A stretch of 64,000 bases of DNA from a virus. Taxonomy: Duplodnaviria > Caudoviricetes. The position numbers and the translations under genes were made by a program. The notes below the pieces were generated by a model. It ran no database searches. It was not told the origin of the DNA and was given only the letters and a program-made list of their open reading frames with translations. How positions within the stretch are numbered: the stretch's first letter is position 1; every line of letters begins with the position of its first letter. Shown piece after piece: positions 1 to 12,632 of this stretch. Where the stretch lies: positions 96,001-160,000 of the IMG/VR virus record IMGVR_UViG_3300013426_000016; one strand, given 5' to 3'.

Positions 1-3000
1 TTAATAGGAGCATTTACATCAAAAGCAGTGCCCTTAAAAGAAAGAGCATTATTAGAAAGTAAATGGCCATTTTTTATCACATAAGAATCTGGAGAAATAC
101 TTTCACCATAAACTAATTTAAGATAATCATCAATATTATAAGCACGAGAATTTGGAGAAGCACCATCTCTAACGTTATCTGCTTGCTCTTGTTCCCTTGC
201 TACAAAAATTACTTCTGGTTTTCCTCCAGTATTTGTAACAGTATCTAAAATAGTTTTAATTACGCCAATAGTTTTACCAGAACCAGCACTTCCTAAAACA
301 GTAGCTAAGTTGTATAAAGGTAGTTTATCATTAACATAAACCTTAAATACATCATTAATTTTTGGGTCTATAACTGCTGACTTCTTTATTTCAGACAAGA
401 TACCATTAAATACAGTAGGACTTTTAATTTGTGCTAAAATTTGTCTAGTAGCATACTCCTGTCCATATATAGGAATGATACCTTTTCCATCTTTCTTATA
501 GGTATCAATAGTTCCAGCATAGGCTCTATAAAACTCTGTAGGAGAAATAGAAGTAATAGTAGCTAAATGATAAATTAAATCTAATGGACTTATTTTAGTT
601 TCCGGATCAGCATTTAATAATGTATTTGGAGCATTATACAAGCTCTTAACATTAAAATTACTTAAAATATCTTTAACAACTTCTTCTGGAGTCTTACCTG
701 TATATTTATCATAAATTTTCTGTTCAAAGTCAATAAAATGATTTTCCCAAGCAGCATAAGTATCTTCGGTAGGATTAAATGAATAATCCCCCCACATATC
801 TTTATACTCTTGTGAAAGATCAGTTAAGCTCTTTGCCCATTTAGCACCCATATTAAGTGCGGTATCCTTATGTACTCTAAGAGTTTTAGCAGAATTTACA
901 GCAGATAAGGCTCTTAAATAAGCAATCTCCCCTTCATAGTACTGAGCTTGTTGGAGTATATGTTTTGCTGCGCGTTCAGATAAAATAGGTAATTTAGAAA
1001 GAGTATCTCCATCTATATGCTTAAAGTTATTAATTATATCATTAGTACCATCAGCGGCACCAGTAACAACAGCACGTATAACTTTAAATACAGGATCGAG
1101 TTTTTCTGAACTCAAACTGTCTTTAATAATAGGATTCTGCATTATATAATCTTGCAGTGTTTCAGAGGAGATTACATTCTTTCTTTCTTTTTCTAGAACA
1201 TCAAATAAAGAAAGAGTTTCTGCATCAGTCCCTATATTCTTTGCAAGTTCTATAAAGGCAGAGTAATTAATTTCATTCTTTAACTCGGAAAACTCCTGAA
1301 CTATATCAACTATATTTTTACCTCCAATTACAGGTAACAAGGTATTTAAAAACTCATTTAAATAAGATTCATTTCCAGAGTCTAAAAGTTTACTCTTATT
1401 TTTAATAATGTCTTGTAATTCAGTGTAGTACTTCATTACATTTACATCATTTCCTAAAGAGTCTACTAAAGCATCAACAGTCTTTTTAATAGAGGCTTCG
1501 GCTGAATTTCCTTGTATAAACCATTCTGGATCGTAAGGATCAATAGCAGTAGCTAAAGCAACTTTCGGTATAACATTCCCATCATCATCGTAGTATTTTT
1601 CTACAAGATTAAAATAAGCTTGCATCCAAGTATTTGCTCCACCACTTGCTTTATATGCCTTTTTAATACCATCATAGAAAGCATTTAATTCTCCATCATC
1701 AAATCTATACTTAGACTTATCTGCTTGATACTGAGTTAATAAACTATTTAATAAAGCATTTGTAATTTTACTCTTAGAAGGAACTTTATCATCAAATAAA
1801 AGAAGTTTATTTTTCTCGTTAGAACCCTCTATAAATAAATCTAAATCTTCAGCAAGAGAAGCTTCAGATATGGCTAATTCTGGATTATTAATAACTGTTA
1901 AAAGCTTTTTACTTAATTCCGTTAAAGAAGATTGTAAAGAAAGTTTTTCTTGCTCTTCTTCTGGAGTTAAATTTTGTTTGTCTTCTAATTGTTTATAACG
2001 TTGTAATTGCTGTTCTTGTTCTGCTTGTATATTAGCCAAGTCAGAAAGTCCAAGTAAAGTAGGAACATTATTCTGATCAAAAGTCTCGTCTAATTGTTTA
2101 CCTTGGGCTTCTATAGGAGCAACAAATTTAGAAGATAAATCTAAATATAAATCGTATGCTTTATAAACATTATTTCTACCTTCAGTATCCAAATAGTTTT
2201 TATGCTCTTCTTTAATTTTATTTTGCTGCTCGTCTGTGAAAGAATTTAAACCTCGCCCATATCTGGTTTTAACATATGTGTCTAATGAGAGATCTACAAA
2301 GTTCTTATTTAAATTACTATCAGCTGCGAAAAGAGCTTGTCCACTGTAATAACGATTTTTTGCACCATTAAAGAAAGCTTCTTTCTCTTTTCTTAACTTC
2401 TTTAATTTTTCTTGTAATTGCTTTACTTGTGAGTCTTCTTCTATTCCTTCTGCAACAGTTTTTCTTTCATCTTGTGTTTCAGCAGGTTTCTCTGATAATT
2501 CTTGAACTCGTGCTTGTAAAGCAATTTTTGTTTTAACAAGGTCTGTTAAATTATCATATAGAGCATTTTGGAAATTATTATAGTCTTTTAATGCAACTAA
2601 AGTACTAGTGCCTATCAGCTTAGGATTTTTTAAGATTTCATTAGTATCATAACCTAAAACACGAAGCTGATCCATACCCTCTTTAGACATATAACGCAAG
2701 TCTATTTCTTGATTAATAGCTTGCTCATAAGTGTCTAAAGTATTTTTTAAAGTTTTATATACAGCATCGTTCTGATTTATTCCAGTAGTTTTTGGTATAA
2801 ACCTCTCTTGGCCATCTAAAGTTTTAGTAACTTCTCCATCTATGGACAAATCTTCACTTCCCAGCAACCCTTTCTCGTGCCATCTGTCTAAATAATAATC
2901 GATTTCACTTCTTTTACCTGTAGCTATATAATATATAAGTTTTTCTATATCAGGTAATTCTGTAGGACTCTGACCAGTTAATTTATTATTAAGCCATTTT

Positions 3001-4730
3001 TCATAGCGATGTTGCCCAGCGAAAATCATTCCACTCAAGAAACCTCCACCAAAAGACGCTATATATCTTTGTATTATATCAGAAACACTAAAACCAAAAT
3101 CTATCGGTTCATCATCTTTAGTAGTTTTAATTCCTAATGCATCTAAAGCAGTTGTAGTAGCCTTTACAAGGTCTGTAGTAACTTCTTCCATGGTTTCCTC
3201 AGCACCTTCAGAAAAACCTCTATTAATTAAACCAGGAACACCTTTTTTAGAAAGACCTTTAAGCATTGTATCCTGGTAAAAATTAGAAACTTTATTTAAG
3301 AAAGTAGCTGCTTTCTGTGGCGTTTCTAATCTAGCAGCATTTGCTAAAGCATCCGCAGTTTCTCTAGAGACTCCTCTTACAGCAGAACGAATTTCACTTT
3401 CATCCATAAAAGTATCTTTAAAGAGATTGTCTCTAAAGTAATCGATATTCATTAATTTATAAAGAGCCAGTGTACTAGCAAGCATTCCCAAAGAAGCAGT
3501 AGTATCATTAGCACCGGCTTCCTTAAATGCTCCATAAGTTTCTTGTGCAGAGGTAGCAGCCATATAAGCAAGAGAGAGATTCTTACTTACATCAGAAACG
3601 GATTTTAAATCTTTAACGCCATTAGCTTTTGCAATTAAAGTAGGAAGAGTGGAAACCGCACGCTGTTCAAATAACTGTTTAGAAATATCAGCTACCAAGT
3701 TTCCTATGTTTTCAAAAGATACAAAGTGATCTCTTCCATAGTCAGAAGCAGTAGTATCATATGCAGCAGCTCTATTCTCCCAATTAGTAAGAAATTCTCC
3801 TATAGAATTATCGTTTGTACCCGATATAAGACCATTAACAGTTTTACCAAAAACAGGCATTACTCGAGCAATTGCATTAGCCGCACTTACATAACCATAA
3901 ACTTCTCCAACATAAGGTATAAATAAAGGAGCTACTTTAGCTACTAATTCTAAGGCTACTTTACCAGCTCCTTTCTTTACATCATCACTATCGAAAATAT
4001 CTACTTTGTTTCATTTAGAGCCATCTACAGTAAGTATATCACTTCTGCGAAGTAGATCCTTGCCATACATTTCTCTACCAGAAAGAGTTTCATAATAAGG
4101 TTTTCCTTCTGCATTAAATTTTAAATCTCCCGCTTTATGTGGAATTGTAATGCCATTTTCTTCATGTGTACCATCTTCATCCCACTGTGCTAAAGCCATA
4201 GAAGGTAAAGAGAACCAACTAAACAACCCTGCTTTATCATTTGGCGTATAATCAAGTTCTTCTCCCGTTTCATAATCAACTACTTTCTGAGTTTGTGCAA
4301 TCTCACGCACACTCAATTTATTCTTTTTTCCAGAAAGTTCCGTTATATAAGAAATACCTTGTGAGTAATCAAAAGGTTTTTGGTCTACAATCATTATAGG
4401 ACTTGTATCCCTTTTAATTGCATCTGCTGGAGCATACCAAGCATCTGGACCAAAAGAAAGATTTCTTGTTATATTATCAAATAAAGAGTCTTCTGCCATA
4501 GTAGCATACTGTATCTGAGCATCTTTATAAACAGAGTCAAATTTCTTTTGGTCAAATTCTCCTGTAGGAGTTTTAAAAGCATCTACAACTTTAGGCATAG
4601 CCATATACTCCTCCTTAGTAAGCAAGGAGGAGTTTTCGGCAGTGATTCCAGCATCTTTAAAGTCAACTAAAGAAAGTTCTGGATTCTTTGTTATTATGGC
4701 TAAAAAATCATTCTTTTTTGTTTCATTCAT
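1..4730 (-). CDS. Giant virion-associated (ejection/cargo-type) protein, N-terminal ~1576 aa, truncated at window edge; contains a P-loop NTPase motif
   Basis: ATG at 4730. One TGA at 4011 (DGSK-W-NKVDIFDSDD), after which the frame appears open to position 1. Motifs GFSEGAEETMEEV (~3200) and Walker A VLGSAGSGKT (~270-300). Confidence 0.75.
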
Positions 4731-4731
4731 A

Positions 4732-6612
4732 CTACCAATTTGTATTTGTAGGATCACTTAATTTTTCTTGTGCATACATAGCCTGTTGTCTGGCCACGTC
4801 TCTACCAGTAATATTAGTGTAATCAGTTTTAAATCTATACTCTGGATTATAAAGAGATGCTCCTATAACAGCATCAGAAATAGGTATATATACATTTGCT
4901 TTATAAAGATTCCTTTTAATAGCTCCACGTTTAAGCCCTAAGAAACCAGTTCCTATATCAGAGGTATTACGTTTATCAGCATTCTTGGCGTGATTAACAC
5001 TTCCATATTGTCCCATTTCTATATAGGCATCTAAAGAAGGCATATCGTCTTGTAGTAATTCATCAGCAGAAGCCATATAATCAGAAGGAGTAAAATCAAT
5101 AGCTTTAGAAGAAGCTACTCCCCCAAAAGTTAAGAAGGCTCTAGAACGGCTTTCTGGATATTTTACTAAACCAGTGCTTTCATCATATATAGCTCCAGGA
5201 CACACTTCTTGTAAATAACGATTTATAACAGAAGCATCTTCCCCTTTTTCTTTGCCGTTTTTAACTACGTTTTCTACCTTTTTAATTACTTCAAAATCTG
5301 GTATTACGTCTCTACCATTTTCTGCTGTTTTAGCAGGAAGTACAACTCTATACATATTAGAGCCATCATACATAATACCATCTAACTGGTTTCTATTAAT
5401 TACTTGGTCTCCAAAAACAACAGTGTCTGTGCCTACTTGTCTTATACCGTGAGCTTGCTCTAAGAGTTGTGCAACACTTACATTACTCATTGCTTGCCCT
5501 AAATTACCACTTCTATCATAAGCAACGGGACCCATATTTTGTCCATAAACAGATAAAGCAGTAGTAGACCCTCCTGTATATATAGGTATTCTTTGTGGTG
5601 CCGGTGCTCCTTCTCCAGTAGCATACATTTCTGGAACAGCCCCTTGTATTAATCCAGAGGCTCCACCTTCACTTCCGGAACCAGAAGTTCCACTTGCTTG
5701 TTTTTCATAAGAAGGCGTAATGGAACGCCCAGTACCATTAATAATAGTTTGTAAAAGAAATGCATGTGGATCAAATTTATTTACAGCAGCCTGTGCATAT
5801 AAATAACGTTTGTCCTTCTGAGGAAGAGCTGAAATTATATAATTTAAAGCAGTTTTAAGGTCCTTGTCTGCTTCTGTACCTTTTTCAGTAATTTTATAAA
5901 TACCATCCGGTCCTGTAGCAATTAAAGTAGAAGCATTATTTCCAGCCAAAGAAGAGTTTACTATTTCTTGCATTCCAGATAAAATATTCTTTCCTTGTTT
6001 TACAGCATATCCAGTAACCTCGGTTTCTTTATAATTTTTAATAATAGTATTTACATCACTTAAAACTGTGTCCATGCCGATAGCTCCAGAGACATCATCT
6101 AAAACACCATTATTAAAAGCTAAAGAAGAACTCTGTCTACGATAGTTTAATAAATCACCAAAAGTTAAAGGCATATATTTATTTGCATTCTTAGCATATT
6201 CTGTAGGAGAAATAGTAGTTAAACTCCCGTTTGCATCTACAGCATATAAGTTTCCAGCATTAGTAGTAGCAACTTCTCCCCAAGCATTATTTGTAGTCAG
6301 TGTTGCACGAGCTTTTTCATAATCTGCATAATTATTTGTAGCAGAAGTTGCCATTTGTGCAATACTTAAAAAATCTCTAGCGGTCAAATGATCTCCATTA
6401 GGATCACCAGCTAAATCTAAAGTCATTTGTATTTTATTCATTAACTGGCTCATGTCAGAGTCCAAACCTTTGGTTTTTAATAAATCAAATAAACTTTTTG
6501 TAAACTCAGAGGTTTTAGAAGAAGAGGCAGTATTTTGTTGTACTGCCTCTCCACTATTAGAACTCGTAGGAAGATATACTATACCTCCCGTCTGAAATGT
6601 TTTTATTTTCAT
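4732..6612 (-). CDS. Putative virion cargo/ejection protein (626 aa)
   Basis: Long ORF lying between two giant ORFs. N-terminal KTFQTGG motif. Ends TAG. Confidence 0.6.
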   Translation of the reverse strand: MKIKTFQTGGIVYLPTSSNSGEAVQQNTASSSKTSEFTKSLFDLLKTKGLDSDMSQLMNKIQMTLDLAGDPNGDHLTARDFLSIAQMATSATNNYADYEKARATLTTNNAWGEVATTNAGNLYAVDANGSLTTISPTEYAKNANKYMPLTFGDLLNYRRQSSSLAFNNGVLDDVSGAIGMDTVLSDVNTIIKNYKETEVTGYAVKQGKNILSGMQEIVNSSLAGNNASTLIATGPDGIYKITEKGTEADKDLKTALNYIISALPQKDKRYLYAQAAVNKFDPHAFLLQTIINGTGRSITPSYEKQASGTSGSGSEGGASGLIQGAVPEMYATGEGAPAPQRIPIYTGGSTTALSVYGQNMGPVAYDRSGNLGQAMSNVSVAQLLEQAHGIRQVGTDTVVFGDQVINRNQLDGIMYDGSNMYRVVLPAKTAENGRDVIPDFEVIKKVENVVKNGKEKGEDASVINRYLQEVCPGAIYDESTGLVKYPESRSRAFLTFGGVASSKAIDFTPSDYMASADELLQDDMPSLDAYIEMGQYGSVNHAKNADKRNTSDIGTGFLGLKRGAIKRNLYKANVYIPISDAVIGASLYNPEYRFKTDYTNITGRDVARQQAMYAQEKLSDPTNTNW

Positions 6613-9600
6613 TTATTTCATTAATTTTAAAAGCAACTGAGTCAAGTTTTTATTCATATCCTTAACTGCCTCTTTTGCGGCTTTATCACCTTGTATTACG
6701 AGTTTTTCTCGCTCTGTTAATTTAGTTCCTTGTTTAGCATAAATGTTTTTAATGAGTAAATCATTATATGCCTTATGCTGCTTCTGGATCATGTCTCTCC
6801 ATTCTTTTCCTTCTTGTATTTCAAGATATTGTTTATAAGCAGAAGGAGTTCTAGTTAACCAGTCTTCAAATCTTAAAGTACTTCCCGAAGCATCATACTG
6901 CTCATATAATGAAGAGAGTGCGTTTTTCTTAGCCAAAGATTGTTCTTTCTGTAATTCAGAAATCTGATTATCAAGATTATAACTCTTAACAGTATCATGC
7001 TTAGTTCTAAGATCCTGTCTTACTTGTTGTGAGTAAGTATTCCATATATTAGACCACTTCTCATTAAGTTCATTTGCTTTTAATTGTTCATCTAAAGCAT
7101 TTACATTAGTAATATAAGCACTCTGTTCATTAGCTACATTAGCATTAATTTGAGAGATTTGATTTAAGGCATTTAATCTAGCATCATTATAACGAGAAGT
7201 ATAGTCAGAAAGTTCAGTTCCTTTTTGTGCTTCTAAATTAGACATTTGTTCAGAAAGAGCTAACTTTCCAGCTAAATTAAGCATAGAGTCGTTATAAGTA
7301 AGTTTAGTATTAAGTAGCGGGTTTTTAGCAGCATTATACTTCTGTTCTATACTAGAAGAGTTAAAAGTGGGTAACTGAACCTGAGGAGCTATAAATTGTC
7401 TCTTTTTACGTTCTGCGTTTGCATCATGCAAATAATCATAAGATCTAGAAATGTCTCTATTTTGTAACAAGGCAGAACTTAAATCGAGTATAGGAGAAAG
7501 ATTTGTTCTAATAGCCTCTCCAAGTAATCCACCTATTTGATACTTAGGAAGTTGGCCACCTTCTTTAAATCTCCAATCGTATTTAACTTTCATTTCATTT
7601 ACACGTTTATTAAAGTAAGCATCTTTTTCTGCGGTAGATTTATTTTTATACTTAGCATTAGAAAAGTTATTTCTAAGTTCAGCTACCAAAGCTCTTGCGG
7701 ATTTAGGGTCTTCCTTAACTAACTGCCTGAAAGTAGGATCGTTTCCAAGTTCTTCCAATTCTTGTAAAGTATTTTTCTTTAAAGCAGATTTAATTTTAGC
7801 TTCGACTTTTGCTAACTGTTGCTTATTAGGACGTTCCTTAGCTTCTGCTCGCATTTCAGCACGAATCTTACTTAATTCACCGATATTAAACCTTCGACTA
7901 CCACTTGTTATTTGTATAGGCTGACCTATTTTTGGGAATTCAAATTTAGTAGATCTTCTTAAAGGATATAAAGCTCTATCTACTTGTCCCAACTGATTTC
8001 AAATAACAGGAGAATTAAGAGTACGTACAGCTTTATTTGCAGTATCTAAATTTTCATTACCTAAAATAACGTCTCCCGTAGGAATATTTCTTACAGGTGT
8101 ATTTGTACCTCTTGTTAATAAAAGAGTTGGGGTATATCCTTGGCGTATAACAGGGCCGGAATCTATATTTGTACCCACATCTGGAGTAACATGCGCAGGT
8201 AATCTATAAATAACAGTAGCTGGTCTACTTAAATCCGGAGCCATGCCAGTAGCAGGAGTTGCATAAGGAGCGCTTCCTCTACTCTGACGTATATTAGCCC
8301 TACGACCAAACTGCCAAGGCATTACAAATTGTTCTGTATTTTCGGTTGTTCTAAATCCCAAAGCACCGGGGTTCTGAGCTCCAAGTCTACGTAAAGCACC
8401 TTCCCAAGTATAATCTTTAGTTCTTTTAGGAACTCCGTTTTCAAATAAAGCGTTATCATAATCTTCTTTTGTAAGACTCTTTACTACATTTGCCTGCTTA
8501 TCATTTGGTCTATAATTACCTAGAGCACGATTTCTTAAATTAGAATGGAAGAAATAATGTGCAGTAGAATTACCCTCTTGTGGGGTAGGTTCTTCAAATT
8601 CAACTTTGGATTTCTTAAAGATTTTAGCAAATAAATTTTGTTTCTTGGCACTAATATTAAAGTCAGCTAAAGCTTTTGCAGCTTGGTCTTCAGTCATAGT
8701 AATACCAGCTTCATTTGCTTTACTTATAAGTTTGTTAATAACAAGGGCTCGATTTCCCTTAGCTTCTGTTACTATATTTGCTATATCCTCATTTTTAAGA
8801 GTTAAATTTTGGTTTCCAATACGAGTATTAAATTCTCCTCTTAAATTTGCATTTGCAGCTTCAGCAGCTTTTCCAGATGCTTTCGCTGCTAATCTTGCAT
8901 CACCAAGTTGTTTACTCCACTGTTTACCTGCCACAATACCTCCAGAAAGACCATTTGCAAGATTTATCAAATCCTCTGAAGTGTATTTCTCGCCATTAAT
9001 GATTTTAGAAGCAGTATTAATTAAAGCTGAACTAAGTCCGATAGTTCCCATATACTTTAATATAGGAGTACCGATACCTTTAACTACTCGAACAAATTTA
9101 GATGCTTTAATAGCATTATCTAAACCAGGAACTAAAGAAGCAGGTAAAGCGGCAAGATCAAAAGCTGTATTAATAGCTAAGTCTTTTACAGCTCCCCATG
9201 TAGATTTTTCACCTTGTTTTAGATCTCCCATAAAGCGTAATCCAGTACCAGTTAAACCAGCTCCTGCACCAATAGCACCGCCTACAGGTCCGGCAAAGGA
9301 ACTGACAACACCCCCTAAATCAGCAATAGCTCCCATTATTTGAAGTTGTTCTGCTTGAGTTAATCCTCCATTTGAACCGTCCAAATTATGTGCTTTTGTA
9401 ACATCGTGCTTTCTAGGAGTTTTAGGTTCTTCATATTTACCTAGTGTAGTACCGTTTATATGACTAGAAGACGTGAGAGCCCCTCCTATTTGATATTTTC
9501 CTACATCATTAGAAGAATGGGTTTTTTTATATGCACCATAATTAAAAGCTGCCACAGGAAGAGTAAACAAAGGATGTAAAGAAGCAAGTGGACTTAAACG

Positions 9601-11310
9601 TCTAGCAACGGTATAAATATCTGTAGGAGTTTTAATAAGGTTCTTTATTTGTTTATTATCAAAGTCTGTTCCTTGTTCCAAAAGTGCGTATACAGACTCT
9701 AAGTTTTCTTTAGGAATTTCCCACACTTTATTATTAGCTTGTAAATACCAAGTACCATTTTTATCTCTTACTATAGTATTTTCTTGCGTACCATCCGCTG
9801 TTTTAAAACGAGCGTGTTCAGCAAAACCATTGTTCCAAGCATTTAAAGGAAGAGTTGTTTGTATATATTTATTATAAGGATCTACCTCCAGTTCATAATC
9901 TTTTGCCAGAGTGTTCAGATCGGAATACGGATCAGAATACTCCCCATTACCAAGATACACCAAATATTGAGGAGTCATAACTCCAGCTTGGTTTTCATTA
10001 TTTGGAGAAACATAAGAAAGAATATTATAACCTTTTGTATCTTTAAACCAAGGAGTAAGATCTTTTACACCACCACCAAGAATCTTTGCATTGGTAAAAT
10101 AGTCATAATACATAGGACTATACACATCAGAGTTGTAATTTTGATAGCCTCCGTAATAAGTAGAAGTATCTTCTATACCATTATGCTCTTGTGTCCAAAG
10201 ACGATCATCTAAAAATCTAACCCCGGAAGCATTTGCAGCATCATACCAAGAATTCCAGTCTTTAGCAGTTCTTCCTGCCGTAATAAATTTAGCTACATAA
10301 GGATCGAAACTTCTGTCTTTTAAAACTTCATCTAAGCTATATACAGTACCATTAATAGCAAAACCGTTTTCATAATCGGTATTTGCAAAATTATCAAATC
10401 CTCCTAAATACCAAACAGAGTCTTTATAAGCGTCCCCGTTAAGGTAATATCGTCCGTCAGCACCTCTAACAACACCTTCTTCGGGAGTATCACCTTCCCC
10501 ATTTTCAGGTTTTCCACCCTCATCTCCTTCATCGTCTTCACCTCCCGTATCTCCATCCGCAGGATCGGGATCGACAGGAGTTTCTACTACTGGAGGTACA
10601 GGTTTTTCAAAACCCATAAGTCTAAGAAGATTTAAATCCCCTTCACTTAAATTGCCAGAATGTAACCTATTAATAAAATCGGTAGAGTAACCCTCTACTC
10701 CTCCTTTATATGCTAAGAGTTCGTTCCCTAAATTTCTAAGCTGAGTTCTATCAGCATTATTCCAATTAGAGTATTTATATATATCGTCTACATTATTTGT
10801 ATCTACAGCATAATTAAGCAAAGATTTAATTAAATCCTCTCTATCTTTGTTAAGTATAGAATTAACATCATAAGCTTCATTATTTGTATCAAACCAACCA
10901 GAACCTCTACGTAACTCTTTACGAGTATCCATGTCTACATTAGCAAGTAAAAGACCACTCTGCTTAAAACGATGATTTTTAGTATTAAATGTAGCTCCTA
11001 AATTTCTCTTAAGTGTAGAATCATTAATAGAAGCAGTAATACCTTTTCCCACATAATTAGAAGTAATGTCTTTTCCCGTACTATCTAAAATTTGTATAGT
11101 GTTTTCTGTAGGATCGTATATAGCCTCATTTCCATCTTTAATGGCCCTAGTAGCAATACTATACATATCTTTAGGACCATTTTTATCTAATTCATAAGCA
11201 GCAGCTATCCTCTCTAAAGCTTGTTGTCCAAGTAAATGTTTCCCATTCATAGTAAATTTACCTTCTGGAAGAGGACCTGCTGCATTTTGGTATTTCTTAA
11301 CTAAAGCCAT
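6613..11310 (-). CDS. Large putative virion cargo/ejection protein (~1565 aa; joins two track ORFs through TGA at 7999)
   Basis: 7999..11349 and 6613..7992 are in the same frame, separated only by TGA-AAT-CAG. ATG at 11310 (MALVKKYQNAAGPLP) follows a terminator. Gly/Ala-rich hydrophobic stretch (GPVGGAIGAGAGL) and several KYQxGG motifs. Confidence 0.7.
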
Positions 11311-11322
11311 ATTTCTAAAACT

Positions 11323-11356
11323 AAAAAAGGAGGAGCGGCTTTTAACCACCCCTCCT
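11323..11356 (-). terminator. Intrinsic terminator
   Basis: Minus strand AGGAGGGGTGGTT-AAA-AGCCGCTCCTCCT followed by TTTTT; 13-bp stem including G-U pairs. Confidence 0.7.
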
Positions 11357-11362
11357 AAGTAA

Positions 11363-11662
11363 TTACTTACGTACCTTTACGCCACAAGACGCTTTCTTAA
11401 CTTTCTTAAGTTTCCCACCGCAACGCATAAACTGTTGCTCTGATGGTGCTTCTCCAACTGGAGCTTGTGACTGAGCCATATCAAGGATTATCTGTGCAAG
11501 AGCAACGGCTGCTTCGATACCAAGTTGCTCTATAATACTCAGTGCCATTTGTGACAACTGTTGCATTGCTTGCTCTTCAGCCGCAGCTGGTGCAACCTGA
11601 GCTTGAGGTGCAACGCCTCCCTCTTGAAGTTTCTTAACTTCGCTAAAAGATTTAATTTGCAT
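11363..11662 (-). CDS. Small Gln/Ala-rich hypothetical protein (99 aa)
   Basis: Has its own promoter and terminator. KKLQEGG and MRCGGKL motifs. Confidence 0.7.
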   Translation of the reverse strand: MQIKSFSEVKKLQEGGVAPQAQVAPAAAEEQAMQQLSQMALSIIEQLGIEAAVALAQIILDMAQSQAPVGEAPSEQQFMRCGGKLKKVKKASCGVKVRK

Positions 11663-11715
11663 AATTATTTAAATTTTATATATATAAAAAATGATCTTAT
11701 TCACATCTATTCGCA

Positions 11716-11747
11716 CAAATATAATAATAAAAAAATAATTTTCCAAA
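11716..11747 (-). promoter_or_regulatory. Bacteroidota primary-sigma-type promoter (TTTG-N20-TATATTTG)
   Basis: Matches the -33 TTTG / -7 TAnnTTTG consensus. The same geometry recurs at five other minus-strand sites in the window. Confidence 0.7.
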
Positions 11748-11779
11748 TATCTAGCATATAAGCAAAAGGGTAATTATTT

Positions 11780-11917
11780 TTTGTTTTAAAAAATAAATCA
11801 TTATATTTGTAGTGACGAAACCGTCATATAAAGAATGTGACCGCAAAATCTTAGATTTTAACGACATTAACCATTATTTATACGTCATGCCCCGGCTGTT
11901 ATAGTCGGGGCTTTTTT
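11780..11917 (+). ncRNA. Candidate ~105-nt small RNA or leader transcript with its own promoter and terminator
   Basis: TTTG (11780) and TATATTTG (11802) promoter on +. 5' hairpin TGACG-AAAC-CGTCA. Terminator GCCCCGGCT/AGTCGGGGC plus T6 at 11889-11917, with the U-tract on +, opposite to all flanking genes. Confidence 0.5.
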
Positions 11918-11919
11918 AT

Positions 11920-12621
11920 TTATAATATATATTCTTTTTCATAATTCTTTTCAGATTTTAATAATCCGGTCTTCATCAGTTCCCGATTACAAAAAGAAAC
12001 TGTAGACTCTGGTATACCAAGTTCTTTTGATAATGTTTGGTTTGAAATACTAACTTTTGTAATATTTTTATACTTAATCTTAAAAGAAAATAAAAATGCA
12101 CGTGACGTGTTTGAAATAGTTAAAGAAAATATATTTGCAATAAAAGGCTTATCTAAGTACGTTTTAAGTACACTTACTCTAGAGGTTTTTTCAGACGTGT
12201 CTAGATTTATAAATTTATTTTCTATTAACTCAGTAAGAGATTTTCGTATCGTATCTATACTATAACCTGTTTTAGAGCGTAATTCACGTAATGATATTTT
12301 GTTTTTGCTAACGTAAATAATTGCAGCATAGATAACTCTAGCTGGTTGCCCTATATTAAAAAATGAGACATCTTTACAATTATAACTATTATTATATTCT
12401 TCAAATATTTTAATTATCTCTTTATTATAAACAAACCATTCATCTCGAAATCTATATTTAGAACACAAATTATGTAAAGTACTTTCATCAGTAAAGTCCC
12501 CGTCTCGTATTCCTAGTATTTCAACATCTGGGTTACATGTATCATAGTTTTTAAGTCTATTTGTAAAATTTTTAGTACAACCTATTTTTAGGTAATTTCC
12601 ACTTTTAATTAAGTACACCAT
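11920..12621 (-). CDS. T5orf172/GIY-YIG-type nuclease domain fused to Rep-like tandem winged-HTH
   Basis: N-terminus VYLIKSGNYLKIGCTKNFTNRLKNY...E..LH...RDEWF. The C-terminal half aligns by eye to the upstream Rep-like protein (VIYAAI, SNQTLSKELG, GLL). Confidence 0.7.
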   Translation of the reverse strand: MVYLIKSGNYLKIGCTKNFTNRLKNYDTCNPDVEILGIRDGDFTDESTLHNLCSKYRFRDEWFVYNKEIIKIFEEYNNSYNCKDVSFFNIGQPARVIYAAIIYVSKNKISLRELRSKTGYSIDTIRKSLTELIENKFINLDTSEKTSRVSVLKTYLDKPFIANIFSLTISNTSRAFLFSFKIKYKNITKVSISNQTLSKELGIPESTVSFCNRELMKTGLLKSEKNYEKEYIL

Positions 12622-12632
12622 ACTATTCAATC

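Noticed and set aside
1-4730. Calling the giant ORF the virion RNA polymerase
   Set aside because: No DxDxD catalytic motif was recognised in the visible part; the remainder lies outside the window.
11810-11890. Possible suppressor tRNA
   Set aside because: No cloverleaf, T-loop or anticodon arm is recognisable.
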